Of a stretch of 64,000 nucleotides of DNA, positions 25,199-37,276 are shown in pieces (position 1 is the first letter of the stretch; each line of letters starts with the position of its first letter). Source of the DNA: Octopus bimaculoides (taxonomy: Eukaryota); NCBI RefSeq assembly GCF_001194135.2, contig NC_068992.1:10945300-11009299 (forward strand), given 5' to 3'. A program made the position numbers and the translations under genes. The notes under the pieces were generated by a model. It made no database searches and was not told the origin of the DNA. It worked only from the letters and a program-made list of their open reading frames with translations.

Positions 25199-25539
25199 CA
25201 CATACACACACACTTTCTCTCTCTCCCTCTTGTTCTTTAATGCCTTTCTAAAGGCGCATTTAGCTCGAAATATCAGGACTAATTAAATATTTCTTTGATG
25301 ACATTTCAATATCATTGTTAACATCATTAAGTATATTTAATATTCTAGCTGCATTGCTATCACCTTTAACACAGATTTTCTACATTCTGTCGTGATTTTA
25401 TGCAAATGTCTTTTGTTAAGTTATATTCCAAATGCCAACTTAAAAATAACAACAATTATAAAATGATAGTAATAATAATAATAATAATATTTGTCTTATG
25501 TTTGAGCCCCCTCAGTTTAGTATTAAGGGAGGTTAAGGC

Positions 25540-26116
25540 AGGGTATCAGTTCAGAATACAAGAAAAGACACGACAACCTAGGGAGAGTGATCCACTGGGA
25601 GTTATGCAGAATGCTAGGATGTAAAGATACTGATAAATGATATGAACATGAACCTAGTAAAGTACTAGAAAGTAAGAAATACAAGGTGTTGTGGGACTTT
25701 AACGTTCAGACTGACAAAGTAATAGAAGCTAGAAGGCCTGATTTGGTAGTAGTAGATAAAGAGAATAGAAAGTGCCAGATAATTGACTTTACAGTCTCAA
25801 ATGATAAAAACATTAATATGAGGAGTATAGAAAAAAGAGTTAAGTATCAGAACCTAGTTATTGAATAACAGAGACTATGGAGAGTGTGAGTAAAATGTAT
25901 CCCAGTAGTTATAGGTGCATTGGAAACTATCCCTAAAGATCTGATGATGGATAGAGGAAATAGGCATAAAACCCAGTTTAGTACAGCTGCAGAAAACAGT
26001 TTTATTAGGGACAGCTACGATACTTAGGAGGGTTCTTAGCACCTAAGGTTACTTGTTGTAGCCCGATGTTAGGATTTCCTCTTTTCCAGCTGTCTAATCT
26101 GTTCTGTGTATATGAA
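25540..26116 (+). mobile_element. R4/Dong-like non-LTR retrotransposon 3' end (restriction-like endonuclease domain and 3' UTR)
   Basis: EYKKRHDNLGRVIHWELC...YEHEP..VLWDFNVQTDKVIEARRPDLVVVDKENRKCQIIDF...KY...IPVVIGAL...LQKTVLLGTATILRRVL, carrying the RHD and PD-(D/E)xK motifs; (AAT)n on both sides. Confidence 0.92.
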
Positions 26117-26171
26117 AATAATAATAATAATAATGATGATAATGATGATGATGAGGATGATGGTGGTGGTG

Positions 26172-26312
26172 GTTTCAAATTTTGCCACCAGGGCAGCCCT
26201 TTTTGGAGAGAGGTGTGTTAGTTATATCAGCCCCAGTGTTCAACTTGTTCTTATTTCGTTGACCCTGAAAGGATGAAAGGCACAGTCAACCACAGTAGAA
26301 TTTGAACTCAGA
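26172..26312 (-). mobile_element. SINE family D fragment
   Basis: Minus strand tctgagttcaaattc..gttgactgtgcctttcatcctttcagggtcaacgaaataag. Confidence 0.75.
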
Positions 26313-26439
26313 ATAATAATAATAATAAAAATAATAATAATAATGATAATGATGATGATGGTGATGATGATGATGGTGATGATGATGATAATAATAATAA
26401 TTACAGGATTTTATGAAATTTATCAATAAAGGCTGACCA

Positions 26440-26860
26440 TACTATTCAAGCAAGGAGACTAGACACGATTGCAGAAGATGAGAAAAAGAAAAAAAGAAAA
26501 AAAAAATAACGAAAAGAAACAAGGAGTGTAAGATAATAGAGTTTGGAATAGCATCTGACAGTTGAGTGGATGTGAAAGAAATTGAGGAAATTGAGAAATA
26601 ACATGAGAACTTGCCAGAGATATGAAGAGATTATGGAAGCCTAAGATGACAATTATTTCTGTGGTAATTGATGCACTGAGCATAGCACCCAATTTGCTAT
26701 CCATGAAGCTGAAGAATATTGGAATTGAGACAGTGTGTCAGCCTGCAGAAAAGTACAATCCTGGATTTTGCAAATATCTTTAGAACAATTCTTAAGATTT
26801 AAAGAGACTTGTTGTCATCAAACCTCCCTGCTAATTAGCATGTGATAGCTTTCATTGAAT
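26440..26860 (+). mobile_element. Second, older R4/Dong-like RLE 3' fragment
   Basis: ...DVKEIEEIEK*...MKRLWKPKMTIISVVIDAL...LKNIGIET...LQKSTILDFANIFRTILKI*RDLLSSN, followed by (AAT)n. Confidence 0.75.
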
Positions 26861-27103
26861 AAGAATAATAATGATAATAACAACAAGAGCAAGAAGAAGA
26901 AGAAGAAGAACAGCAACAACAACAACACATCTCCAAAAGAAATGGATAAACTATTGCTATACAAAGATTAAGAAATAGTAAAAACCTGAACATGGAATGT
27001 CACAACAGAAACTCTTCTAATAAGAGGTGCTTTAGGTATGGTGAAGACATGGAGACAAATAAACCAAACCACCAGGAATTATGAATATACATTACATAAA
27101 GAC

Positions 27104-27380
27104 TGGACTGGCTCCTGTGCAGGTAGCACGTAAAAAACACCTTTTTGAGCATGGTTGTTGCCAATACCACGTGACTGGCCCTTGTGCCAGTGACACGTAA
27201 AAGCACCCACTACACTCTCAGAGTGGTTGGCATTAGGAAGGGCATCCAGCTGTAAAAACTCTGCCAAATCAGATTGGAGCCTGGTGCAGCCTTCTGGCTT
27301 GCCAGTCCTCAGTCAAATCGTCCAACCCATGCTAGCATGGAAAGCAGACATTAAACGATGATGATGATGATGATGATGAT
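27104..27380 (+). mobile_element. SINE family A, longest copy in the window, (GAT)n tail
   Basis: ggcattaggaagggcatccagctgtaaaa resembles the RTE 5'-UTR motif; 3' end ccatgctagcatggaaagcagacattaaacgatgatgat. Other copies or fragments at ~16000-16100 (-), 28478-28545, 31040-31145, 47130-47200, 58690-58830 (-), 62030-62180 and 63160-63310. Confidence 0.9.
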
Positions 27381-28229
27381 AGGAAGAAGCCTATCATATA
27401 TGCATGTGTGTGTGTGTGGGTGGGTGTGTATCTGCATGTGTGTGTGTATCTGCATGTGTCTGCATGCATTAGTCATCATTATCCTCCTCATCCTCCTCAC
27501 CATTGCCAATTTTTGTCATCACTGTTGTTGTTTTTTCTTGATGCACATTCTTCTCTTCCAATGATCTCCCCATCTCTCAGGTCAGGTCAGGTAAATATTG
27601 ACCACAATTTCAATAAATAATAAACACAGGTGAAACTTAGAGCAGAGCTTTTCCTTTGTTTACTTAGATTTTAAATACTTCAAAAGAACAGCATTATCTA
27701 ATAAAGCTTGATTCTTGTAAAACTTTTGCTAGCAATAATCCAATCACGCCTGCTCATCAAACCAGAAACGAAAAGGGAAAATTTCAGTAGAGTTGATGTA
27801 GGTAGCTTAAAGGAATTCCGTTAGTTTACAGAACTATTTCTAAATATGTGACTACTAAAGGAAGTATAGACGATATGACCTCATTATGTGACTGATCAGT
27901 AACGAATTCAGGAACAATATTTGTTAATAAGAATCCTAAAATTTGACCTCTGGGTGAAAAATGAGGATTATGATTCAGTACATATGTGAATGTTTTATTC
28001 AGAGTCAAAAACAATATTGATTAATAAGAGTTCTGGAAAATGACATGTTGGTGCAAAATGTTAACTTAATTTCATACAAATATGAAGTACAATACAAAGC
28101 TGTAATTCCACTTATTTCAAAGTTCAATTTTACTATGATCTTATACTTAAATATACTTAAACTTGTTCATTAGCTTTGTTTAACATTTTTACTGAGCCAC
28201 ACAACTTTACTCCTTCAAGCGAAAAAGTC

Positions 28230-28308
<79 letters not shown>

Positions 28309-29829
28309 TAGGTTTCCAGTATATTTCAGATAATAAAATCTGAATACTTTATATAGTGACATGTCAGGATGTTCTTGAGTGCTACTGTTATCATATAACC
28401 CAATACAATCTGTCACATGATTGAGTTGCTGGCGATTAAACTGGAAACTCCACCAGGCTTGCTTCGTAAGCAAGATGATTATTGGACTCAGTCAAATCGT
28501 CCAACCCATGCTAGCATGGAAAGCGAATGTTAAACGATGATGATGAATATCCGTTGGAGCCTAAAAAATTGCCCCTAACACCTTAAAATTTACTTCAAAG
28601 TATTCAAAATATCAATGTGAAATTTGATACACTACTAAATAATATTTTACTGATAAGTTATTAACTTTTTATTAGCCATGTATCTGTTCTGTTTACAGGT
28701 AGGGTTGGAAGAGAGGTGGTCACAGAAGTTTGCAGAGGGACAGAACACTTTTAGAAGTGTTCAAAAGGTTCTTATTTTTTAGGAGGAGTGGAGAAGTTTT
28801 TAAGGGTTTCAAAATTTTTATAGGTGTCAAAGAATTTTTATGTAGAGAAATATTCCTTTGAAGAGTAGAAATTTTTCAGGAAAACAAGCAATTTTATGAG
28901 GATTAGAAAACTTTTATAGGGGCCAGAAGATTTTTTACATTTTAATCTCAAATTTGTATAAAGAAAAATATTTTGATACTGACATTGTAAATAAAGTTAT
29001 TGATTTATTTGAATGTTAATGCTTTATACTAATTTTATGCAAAAATTTTACTGTTTTTATAAAGTTAAAAATTCAAACTATATCGATATCATGAGATACT
29101 TTTCCATTATTTTTCAAGTATAAATATTTTTTAATTCTCATTGCATTATTTTATTGTTTTTTAAAAAATATTCTGTGAGTATGTATAACTAAATTCAGTT
29201 TGTGTAAAGTTTGTTTTAATTTTAAACCTATAGAATGAAGTGCAATTTACGTGATATAATTTTTAAAATTTTCAGATTCTGTATCTTCTTCAATAATCTA
29301 AAAGTCATGTTTGTATGTCTGTAATCATGTGTGTGTCTAGACAGAAGCATAGGGTAAAAAATTGAAGCCAAATTTAGAAACTGTCGATCAGATGAAATTG
29401 TTTAACTATTTTATTATGTTTTCAAACATGATTCATAGAAAGAAAACCTTCTGGGCTTTGAAGTGTTAATGGAATTCCAAAGGAAGATGTCAAATGTAGC
29501 CAGAAAGAGAGAGTGAGGTAAAACTGAGAGAAAGATAGTACGGTACAAACCGAAAGTGAAATGAAAATGAAAGACAGCAGAAGAGAAGGAAATAAGGTTG
29601 GAACCTGTGGAATTGGTATTAATCAAGTAGATGGCCTCAGTAAAAGATACAGAATAAAATCAAAAGCTTGAGTCTGATAAATAAAGCCTTCACCACACCA
29701 GGTCTATAGAGATGCCTTAAAGTCAAAATAAAAAGTCAGGTTTAAAGAGGTAAGTTAATCAACTGCACTGATTAAAGGTGGGCTCAGAAGAAAGGTAACC
29801 AAGGATAGAATGAATAGGGCAAAGTATTA

Positions 29830-30250
29830 GCTGAAATATTTACAACCTCTAACATCTTGAAATTTAAAGATTTGGCCTTCATCAGGATTCTGATGAATAT
29901 GGATCCTTCAAAAACAGTAAATGGAACCAAGTGCATTGTCTCATGGTTCCATGCTGATGCCACTGAAGCTGTTATTTCCCGTGGTCTCTATAAAATGCAA
30001 TAATGCCTTCCTACCAAAACTTCCATTGTCTCCATCAGTTAATAAGTTTAGGTGTCTCCAGTTTCCACACAAGCTGTGTTATGTTATAACAATGAAAAAG
30101 GCACAACAACAGACCTTTAAAGCAATCAGTTTGGATCACTCAATCCAGTGCTTCTCTCATGCGCAATTATATATTACAGCTTCCAGAACTGAGGATGCCA
30201 AGAAATTAATTGTCCTGGCTGTAAAGGACTAAACAAGAAATATGGTGGAC
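29830..30250 (+). mobile_element. Helitron-type PIF1 helicase C-terminus, decayed
   Basis: LKFKDLAFIRILMNMDPSKTVNGTKCIV.../AFLPKLPLSPS..RCLQFPHKLCYVITMKKAQQQTFKAISLDHSIQCFSHAQLYITASRT matches LCNGT..RxQFPxxxAFAxTINKSQGQ..FSHGQLYVAxSR. Confidence 0.88.
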
Positions 30251-30459
30251 TAAGGGGGTTTATCAGATTGAGGCATTTCTGCATGACATAAGCCAAAGAG
30301 TCAAGTTAGGAAGGGGGAAATTTGATAGTAAAATTATCAATAAAAACACTTTTATCCAATATAGTTTAATTTTATTCTTAATTAGTCATAGCTGCAAATC
30401 AAGTTGTTGCCTGGGTACTCAGGCATATTTATATGTGTGTGTGTGTGTGTGTGTGAATG

Positions 30460-30504
<45 letters not shown>

Positions 30505-32524
30505 TTAGATTATACAAACAAATGACAACTCTGAATTGCTTCAATGTACTGCAAGTTCAATCCTACCTACATGTTGATAAACCTAGATTCTAATGAGTCC
30601 TGCAACAGATATATGTGTTTGTGTGTGTATGCATGTTTGGGTATGTGTTTGTGTGTGTATCCATTTCCATATATGTATCTATGTGTATATATATGTATAT
30701 ATGTATTCGTATGTGTGTGTGTGATGCATGTATGTATATAACTAAATAGTGATTTTCTGAAATGATTTAATATGTTGAAGTATCACTATTTGGTTTGATT
30801 TCATAATTACAAGCTTATACAACTCAATGCCAGACAAACAAGATGGTCTAGATTCCACTCATTCAGATACTCAAACAACGATTTGGAGTCATTTGTTAGA
30901 TTTGACTCAAGTCAAAAATTCTGCTAGCCTAACATGAAATACATACACACACATGCATGCACGCACACATATAAACCATGCCACAACTGACAAATCGAGT
31001 CTGGCCATCCCCCTGGCTGAGCAGTTCCCTTGTTGGTCACGTTCCTGGCCGGACAGCTCCTGCTAAGCCTTCCAATCCATGCCAGCACGGAAAATGGATG
31101 CTAAACGATGATAATGATGTTGGTGATGATGAGGATGATGATGATACGTGTCTGTGTGAGTATGTGTGTAAATATGATGGGCTGCTTTCAGTTCCTCTAC
31201 CAAATTCCCTTACCAATCATTGGTCAGGTGAGGTCTATAGTAAAGGACACTTACTCAAGATGTTGGTCATATGCAATTGTGCAGTGGGACTGAAACTAAA
31301 GCCATGTGGTCAAGAAGCTAACTTTTTTTCTTAACAGCACAACCGTGCCTGTGCCTATAAGAAAATTATTAAAAATGAAAAACCATTTTCAGTATAAAAA
31401 GAAAACAAATAAATACTAAATAAAATGGAGAAAACAAATTAAGTAGGAGTGCTTAAGAATTTAATCTAATTTGAGAGACTTAAAGTGATTTGAACACTCT
31501 TAATTAGACTAAAATAGCTTAACAAAATCTACTTAATTCTGAATAATTGACTTATATTGTATTATTGAGAAATTTTTTTATTATACCTTGTCATATTCAT
31601 ATATTCTATTAATTCTGAAATACTTCTTCATGTCAGAATCTATGATGTAATTCTAATTTAGCCATTGTGTTAATCGTATGACAGCAAAAATATTTCCCTT
31701 TCTTGGATGATGTTTATGATTGTGAAAGATACTGTCTGGAGATGGTTTTAATCTTTTTGGTATTTCTTCTGGTCATTTAGTCATCACTCCACTGGCTATG
31801 ATCTGTGGTGGAGTGCTACAATCAGAGGTGCCTATTCTAACTTGCAAGCATCGTCTATGCTGTATATCATGAGATCCATAGTAGTCACAGTACAAGATTT
31901 CATATTAAGAAATTTTCTGTAAATTTTGGCAACATTTTTCTCACTCTTTCAAAATGGTTTTCTAATTTCTGAAGCAACAGTCCCAAATCCTCAAGCTTCT
32001 TGTTTTGGGGGAATGATTTGAGAGATATTGGAAAGATTTAAAAACAGACGTGAAAATATAATTGTGAGAGATTTGTCATGCACAGAATTATTGGTTGATG
32101 GATCAACGAATTTGTGGCAGTTACTTCCCTTCTAGCCATAACTCTCTAGCATGCAGTTGTTAAAGAAAATAACAAAAATACAACATCCAAAGATATTTCA
32201 AAATTACAGAAGAAACACAGGTTAAATATGCATGACCTTTTAAGAAAGCAACAGAATAATCATGGCTGTTTAACTGTTAAACAGGTGCTGTATGGAGACC
32301 TAATATGTGTGTAAAGAATGCTCTGATAGTGGCTCCAAGCAATGTTTTTTCTAAGTTTTGGTAATCAGTGTGTGCAAAAATCTAATACTGCAAAAATTAT
32401 TTCCCTGTACAAAGTATGAGTGCATTGACTACTTGCACAAACTTTAGAAGCACCAATCAGCAATCAATTTGTTTGCTGAAAGTATTGACAAGAACCAGTG
32501 GTTTTCTAGACTCCAGGGCTTTGA

Positions 32525-32558
32525 CTGATGAGATGCAACATGTTGAAACACCGGTGTT
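32525..32558 (+). ncRNA. Degenerate minimal hammerhead-ribozyme-like motif
   Basis: CTGATGA-GATGCAACATGTT-GAA-ACACCGGTGT-T: intact core, perfect 10-nt palindromic stem III, weak stem II, stem I not evident. Confidence 0.45.
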
Positions 32559-33584
32559 CCACAGTCTTCTACACTAATGAGTTGAGTGTGTTGAACACAC
32601 TGCCATCATAAAAAAGAGAACTCCTTTGACTTACTCAGCAGCAACTAGCATAGTTTATGCTTGAACTTGCTTATACATAGAGTAATTATATAAATATTCA
32701 TTCCAGATTTCACTGTACACAGTGCAAATAATGATTATGTAAGTTTGAAATTGTTTCAGGATAAATTGACACATCCTATCTTTCACTATTAGCAAAACTG
32801 TATCGAGGGTTTGAAAATAACTCCTACATACCAACAACCTTACCGCCCTCATTCACAGAAATTACTTTAAAGGGAACTTATTAAAAGTTTTCTGAGAATT
32901 TTATTAAGATAAACTTAACAAAGCTACTCTAGATTTATAGATATTTAGAAATATTATCAAAGGAAACTTAGAGAGAATTTTTGTAAAATTTTATTAAATC
33001 AAAATTAAGAAAGTTTTAATTAGTTTTAAGTATAATCATTAATTATTGCATTATTTTAAGCAACTAATCTTTAGTGTGCTGTTTGCAAATTGCTTAGCTT
33101 AATAAGAACACCATGTCCAGTTCTGTCAATCCATTTTTTTTTCTTGTATTTCAGATTAAAAGAGATATTGTTTTCTTAAATACTGGTTAAAGCAATTCAG
33201 CTGTAACATTTTAGTGACGTCCAAAAGGTGCATGAAATAAAGCTATTTATGAGTATCGGTAACTTTAAAAACTTTAATCACATGGAAAAGAATAACAAAT
33301 AAATTATATAGAGTAATATGGATGCTTTTTATTGCTTAATGTGATTATAAATTCCTCAACATGCTTTAAGATAGAAGTGACTGTTTCCCCTTCAGTTGCA
33401 GTAGCAGCAGTCAGCTATGTATTTTAGCAATGGTTTTATATTTTCTATCTTTTACTTGTTTCAGTCATTATATTGTGGCCATGCTGGTGCCAGTGCTGTA
33501 TTTAGAGTGTGTGCCACTAGAAGCAGTCAGTGATTTTACAATTTATGGGAGCGACTGCCTTTGAAGACTCATATGTCATTGAAT

Positions 33585-33728
33585 GCTCGAAATAAGGAGT
33601 AGATAGACAGCTGACAACTGATGAAGGGACCTTTCTCTATGTTACCTTGTCCTGTTGTCTATTCTTTCTTGTTGTTTATGTATTTCATGTTATTTGCACC
33701 ATAGGTGACGTTCTGTACCCATATATGC
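33585..33728 (+). repeat. Second copy of the 1-170 repeat (right arm and tail only)
   Basis: gctcgaaataaggagtagatagacagctgacaactgatgaaggg...ctgtacccatatatgc. Confidence 0.8.
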
Positions 33729-33752
33729 ATATATATATATATATATATATCA

Positions 33753-33948
33753 TATGTGGCTGTGTGGTAAGTAGCTTGCTTACCAACCACATGGTNNNNN
33801 NNNNNTATGTGGCTGTGTGGTAAGTAGCTTGCTTACCAACCACATGGTTCTGGGTTCAGTCCCACTGTGTGGCACCTTGGGCAAGTGTCTTCTATTATAG
33901 CCTGTGTGTGTGAGTGGATTTGATAGACGGAAACTGAAAGAAGCCCGT

Positions 33949-33985
<37 letters not shown>

Positions 33986-34208
33986 GTATGTGTGTGTATA
34001 TGTTTGTGCATCTGAGTTTGTCCCCCCAACATCGCTTGACAACCGATGCTGGTGTGTTTATGTCCCCGTAACTTAGCAGTTTGGCAAAAGCGACAGATAG
34101 AATAAGAACTAGGCTTACAAAGAATAAGTCCTGGGGTCGATTTGCTCGACTAAAGGCAGTGCTCCAGCATGGCCACCGTCAAATGACTGAAACATGTAAA
34201 AGAGAGTA
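33753..34208 (+). mobile_element. SINE family B, near full length (tRNA-like head, CORE-like GGCACCTTGGGCAAGTGTCTT segment, internal (TA)/(TG) tract)
   Basis: Matches the reverse complement of 46370-46751 and 49965-50166; the head is duplicated across the 10-N gap. Confidence 0.9.
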
Positions 34209-34318
34209 TATGCACACACATATAATACATACATATACATACATATACATATATCTGTCGCGTCAGGTGTTGGGGTTGTGCTGTTGCAGTGCGTGTGTGT
34301 ATGTGTGTGTGTGTGTCT

Positions 34319-34358
<40 letters not shown>

Positions 34359-35016
34359 ATATATATATTTCATTAACATGAACAGACAAGTACACATACA
34401 CACACACACACACACACATACATATATTATGCATATATATGTACATGGTTCCTGCTATAATTGTGTCTCTTCCACTACTTCTTCATCTACCACACTCTCA
34501 ACTTCACCAGATCAGGTAGAGCTAAGAACGAGCATGGGAACTGATCCTACTCTCCAGAATAAAATAACGAAAAGCAAAAGTTTAAAGAAAAGAAATGAGA
34601 AGAAAACATAAATAATAAACGTATAAAAAATAAAATAGAATGTCTACTCTAGACAAATCTCAGTTTAGAGGAAGAAAAGAAAATAATAAGATAGTAATAT
34701 ACCTCAGACTGTTAATCTTACCTTTTAGCTATACAAAAAAAAAAATTGTAATATTTACTTCTACACTATGTTTCAACTGTCAGTGAATAACTTATTCTTG
34801 GATGTATGTGTATAATAGCAGACTGGATTAAAACTTGGGGCATTTATTTCTAAACTAAAGCTAACAATGTTTTTTTTTTATTTTGTATTTGTTTTGGAAG
34901 AATTTTGATTTGAAATTGTGTGTTGTAACATATGTGGTCTTAACAAGAGAGAGTGGGTGACACTAAAAAAAAACAACAACTTCTTACTCATTACTTTTTA
35001 CAGATATTTGTCAACT

Positions 35017-35232
35017 AAGGCAGGGAGCTAGCAGAATCATTGGAATGCTGGACAAAAATGATTAGTACCATTTTGTCCATCTTCATGGTCTGAGTTCAAA
35101 TGCCACCAAGGTCGACTTTGCCTTTTATCTTTTTAGGGTCGATAAAATAAGTACCAGTTGTACACTGAGGTCAAAGTAGTTAACATACCCCTTCCCCTAC
35201 AACTGTTGACCTTGTGCCAAAATTTTAAACCA
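35017..35232 (+). mobile_element. SINE family D
   Basis: ggcagggagctagcagaatc head, B box gagttcaaatgcc, gtcgactttgcctttt..gggtcgataaaataagtaccagtt; matches 53655-53890. Confidence 0.85.
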
Positions 35233-36264
35233 ACATTATTAGTTCACTAGTAAGGAATTCATAAAATATCTAATTGATGGCTTGAGTGAAATTTTGGTCA
35301 ACCAATAAATCATTTGATTTGTTAGAACCCTTTCATTGTCATTTGTGATCTGATCAATGACCTGCTATCAATGTTTAGATGCATCATGATGGATTTGGAG
35401 CAATGAGGGTATGCTACTGAGGAGATGGCAGAGAAAAAAAACAAAGTGGAGATCCTTGATAGTCAATCTGTTGCTAACAGATGACATATGTTGATGATGA
35501 TGATGATGATGATGAGGATGATGATGATGATGACGACGACGACGACGATGACAACGATGATGATGTGATGATGATTTCAAATCCAGTTTGGTTCTTTGTA
35601 CCCATCCAGGAATAAAATACCCAATGACAATGAAATGAAGTGTAGAAGTAAATACTGGAAAAAAAAAAAAAAAAATGAAATAAAAATAAATGAAAATAAA
35701 AAAGAGCAAATAAATATTTATAAAAAAACTGTAATCTCTAAAAAGGAAGCTAATAGTCTGAAAAATTATAATCTTATTACCAAAAACTAATCTTAGATAT
35801 TTAGATATTTAATCAAATGAAAATGGTATTAGACAGTTTGTCTGACTTTCCGTCATTACCAATATAATGCTACAGTGAATTCAAATAACCGTACACCCTC
35901 CTATTTTATAAGGTTCTGTTAGTACTAAGAAGAAGAATTAGCCATTGTTGAAATGAATAAATGAATAAATAGATAAATAAACGAAAAAGACTGAGCCAAA
36001 GAATATAACAAGAACTTTTAATTTTTTGTGTGTGTTCTGTAAATGGTCGGAATACAGAATAACCGTTTAACTTACATTTTCCAATGGACACCTCCTACCA
36101 AAAGGAAGTAGACTTTGGACATAGTTGTTCTACATTTTTATATTGGCAGGAATAGCGTAAATTTAATCTTCTACAGTAAAGGTACACACACATAAACACA
36201 GGTGTGCATGTGTGTGTGTGTGTATACATATATATATATATATGTATATATATANNNNNNNNNN

Positions 36265-37276
36265 GGGATAAAAATCCAAATTTTAAGGAAGATGACTTGC
36301 AGAACTTAACTTGTTCCTTAAAATACAAAAATACCTCATCAAACTCACAATCCCAAGAACTACAATATTCTACAAACAGCCAAACGCCTTCTACCAATTG
36401 TACACCAGTCCCAATGTCTCCGAAAAATAATCAAAGAACAACAAATAATCAACAGTGAAAGGCAACCACCAAATCTTAAGAAAATTTTAGCCAAAGCAAG
36501 ATTTGCATCAGGGGAAGAAATGATGCAAGTTACCAGATGTGGGACATGTGATTTAATAGAACAGGCCCCAGCCAAAAAATTCAAGAATGGAAGAGAACTA
36601 AAGGTGAACGCAAATATGAACTGTAAAAGCAAAAACCTGATATATTGCATCATATGCTCACGATGCAACGAACATTATATTGGGGAAACAAAAATGAAAC
36701 TAACCAATCGTGTAAATGTGCACTGTCATCAAATAAAACATCCAGAACTTAGATGCATACTATGTAGCGATCATTTGAACACTTGTGCGCAAGGAAAATT
36801 TCCAATTTCCCCTCTTCATAAAATAAATGAAGAGAACGACCATCCCCGGAAGACAAAAGGAGAATATTTCATAAGTTTTCTGAGTCCGAAACTAAACCAA
36901 AAATAATCAACAACAATTTTACTGAAAACAACTTTCACTATATGTAATAACACGTGCTTGAAAACGTTAAGAACTGAAAGCGCTTACACATCTATAAAAG
37001 CAAAAGCCACACACATTTTGTGAAATCTCTTCCCAAAGGTTTGTGTCTTTCGACTTTCTAAAAAGGTTCTTTTTTCAATCTTAACTCTTTGAGAAAGAAA
37101 TCTTCTCCCCAAATATTATAACTGTATCAAGTGTGATCTCTAAATCCACAAGTTTTTCATTCTCTCCCTGTGTATCTTCTTTTATTTCTCTCTGTTGAGG
37201 AGCATAGGTTCGAAACGTAAATGACTCCCTCACATTCTCAAGTGTTAAACTAATACACCTGCTTGTTGTTCATACA
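36265..37276 (+). mobile_element. Penelope-like element 3' portion: linker, GIY-YIG endonuclease and pseudo-LTR
   Basis: The frame is open from ~36322 to 36906: THNPKN..IINSERQPPNLKKILAKARF..RCGTCDLI..NCKSKNLIYCIICSRCNEHYIGET..RVNVH..SDHL. This is a GIY-YIG domain with a Cys-rich linker, as in the Neptune-type architecture. Confidence 0.9.
37192..37219 (+). ncRNA. Minimal type-I hammerhead-like motif in the PLE 3' pLTR
   Basis: CTGTTGA-G-[GAGC-ATAG-GTTC]-GAA-ACGT-A: stem II, GAAA, palindromic ACGU stem III and a GUA site; core carries A6>U. Confidence 0.55.

Noticed and set aside
29878-29897. ttcatcag-gatt-ctgatgaa mini hairpin with CUGAUGA
   Set aside because: It lies inside the Helitron coding frame, with no GAAA or stem III
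31900-32140. Protein-looking frames on both strands (KKLEDLGLLLQKLENHF...; EILERFKNRRENIIVRDL...)
   Set aside because: Stops in every frame, no good splice pair and no motif recognised
33585-33630. Type II hammerhead reading (GCTC-GAAA...CTGATGA)
   Set aside because: Stems I, II and III do not pair
33753-33848. 43-bp direct repeat of the SINE head
   Set aside because: It flanks a 10-N gap exactly, so it is most likely an unmerged contig overlap
34722-34728. 7-nt minus-strand microexon (tag|CTAAAAG|gtaag)
   Set aside because: Frame-shifting length, and such short matches are expected by chance next to a poly-T run
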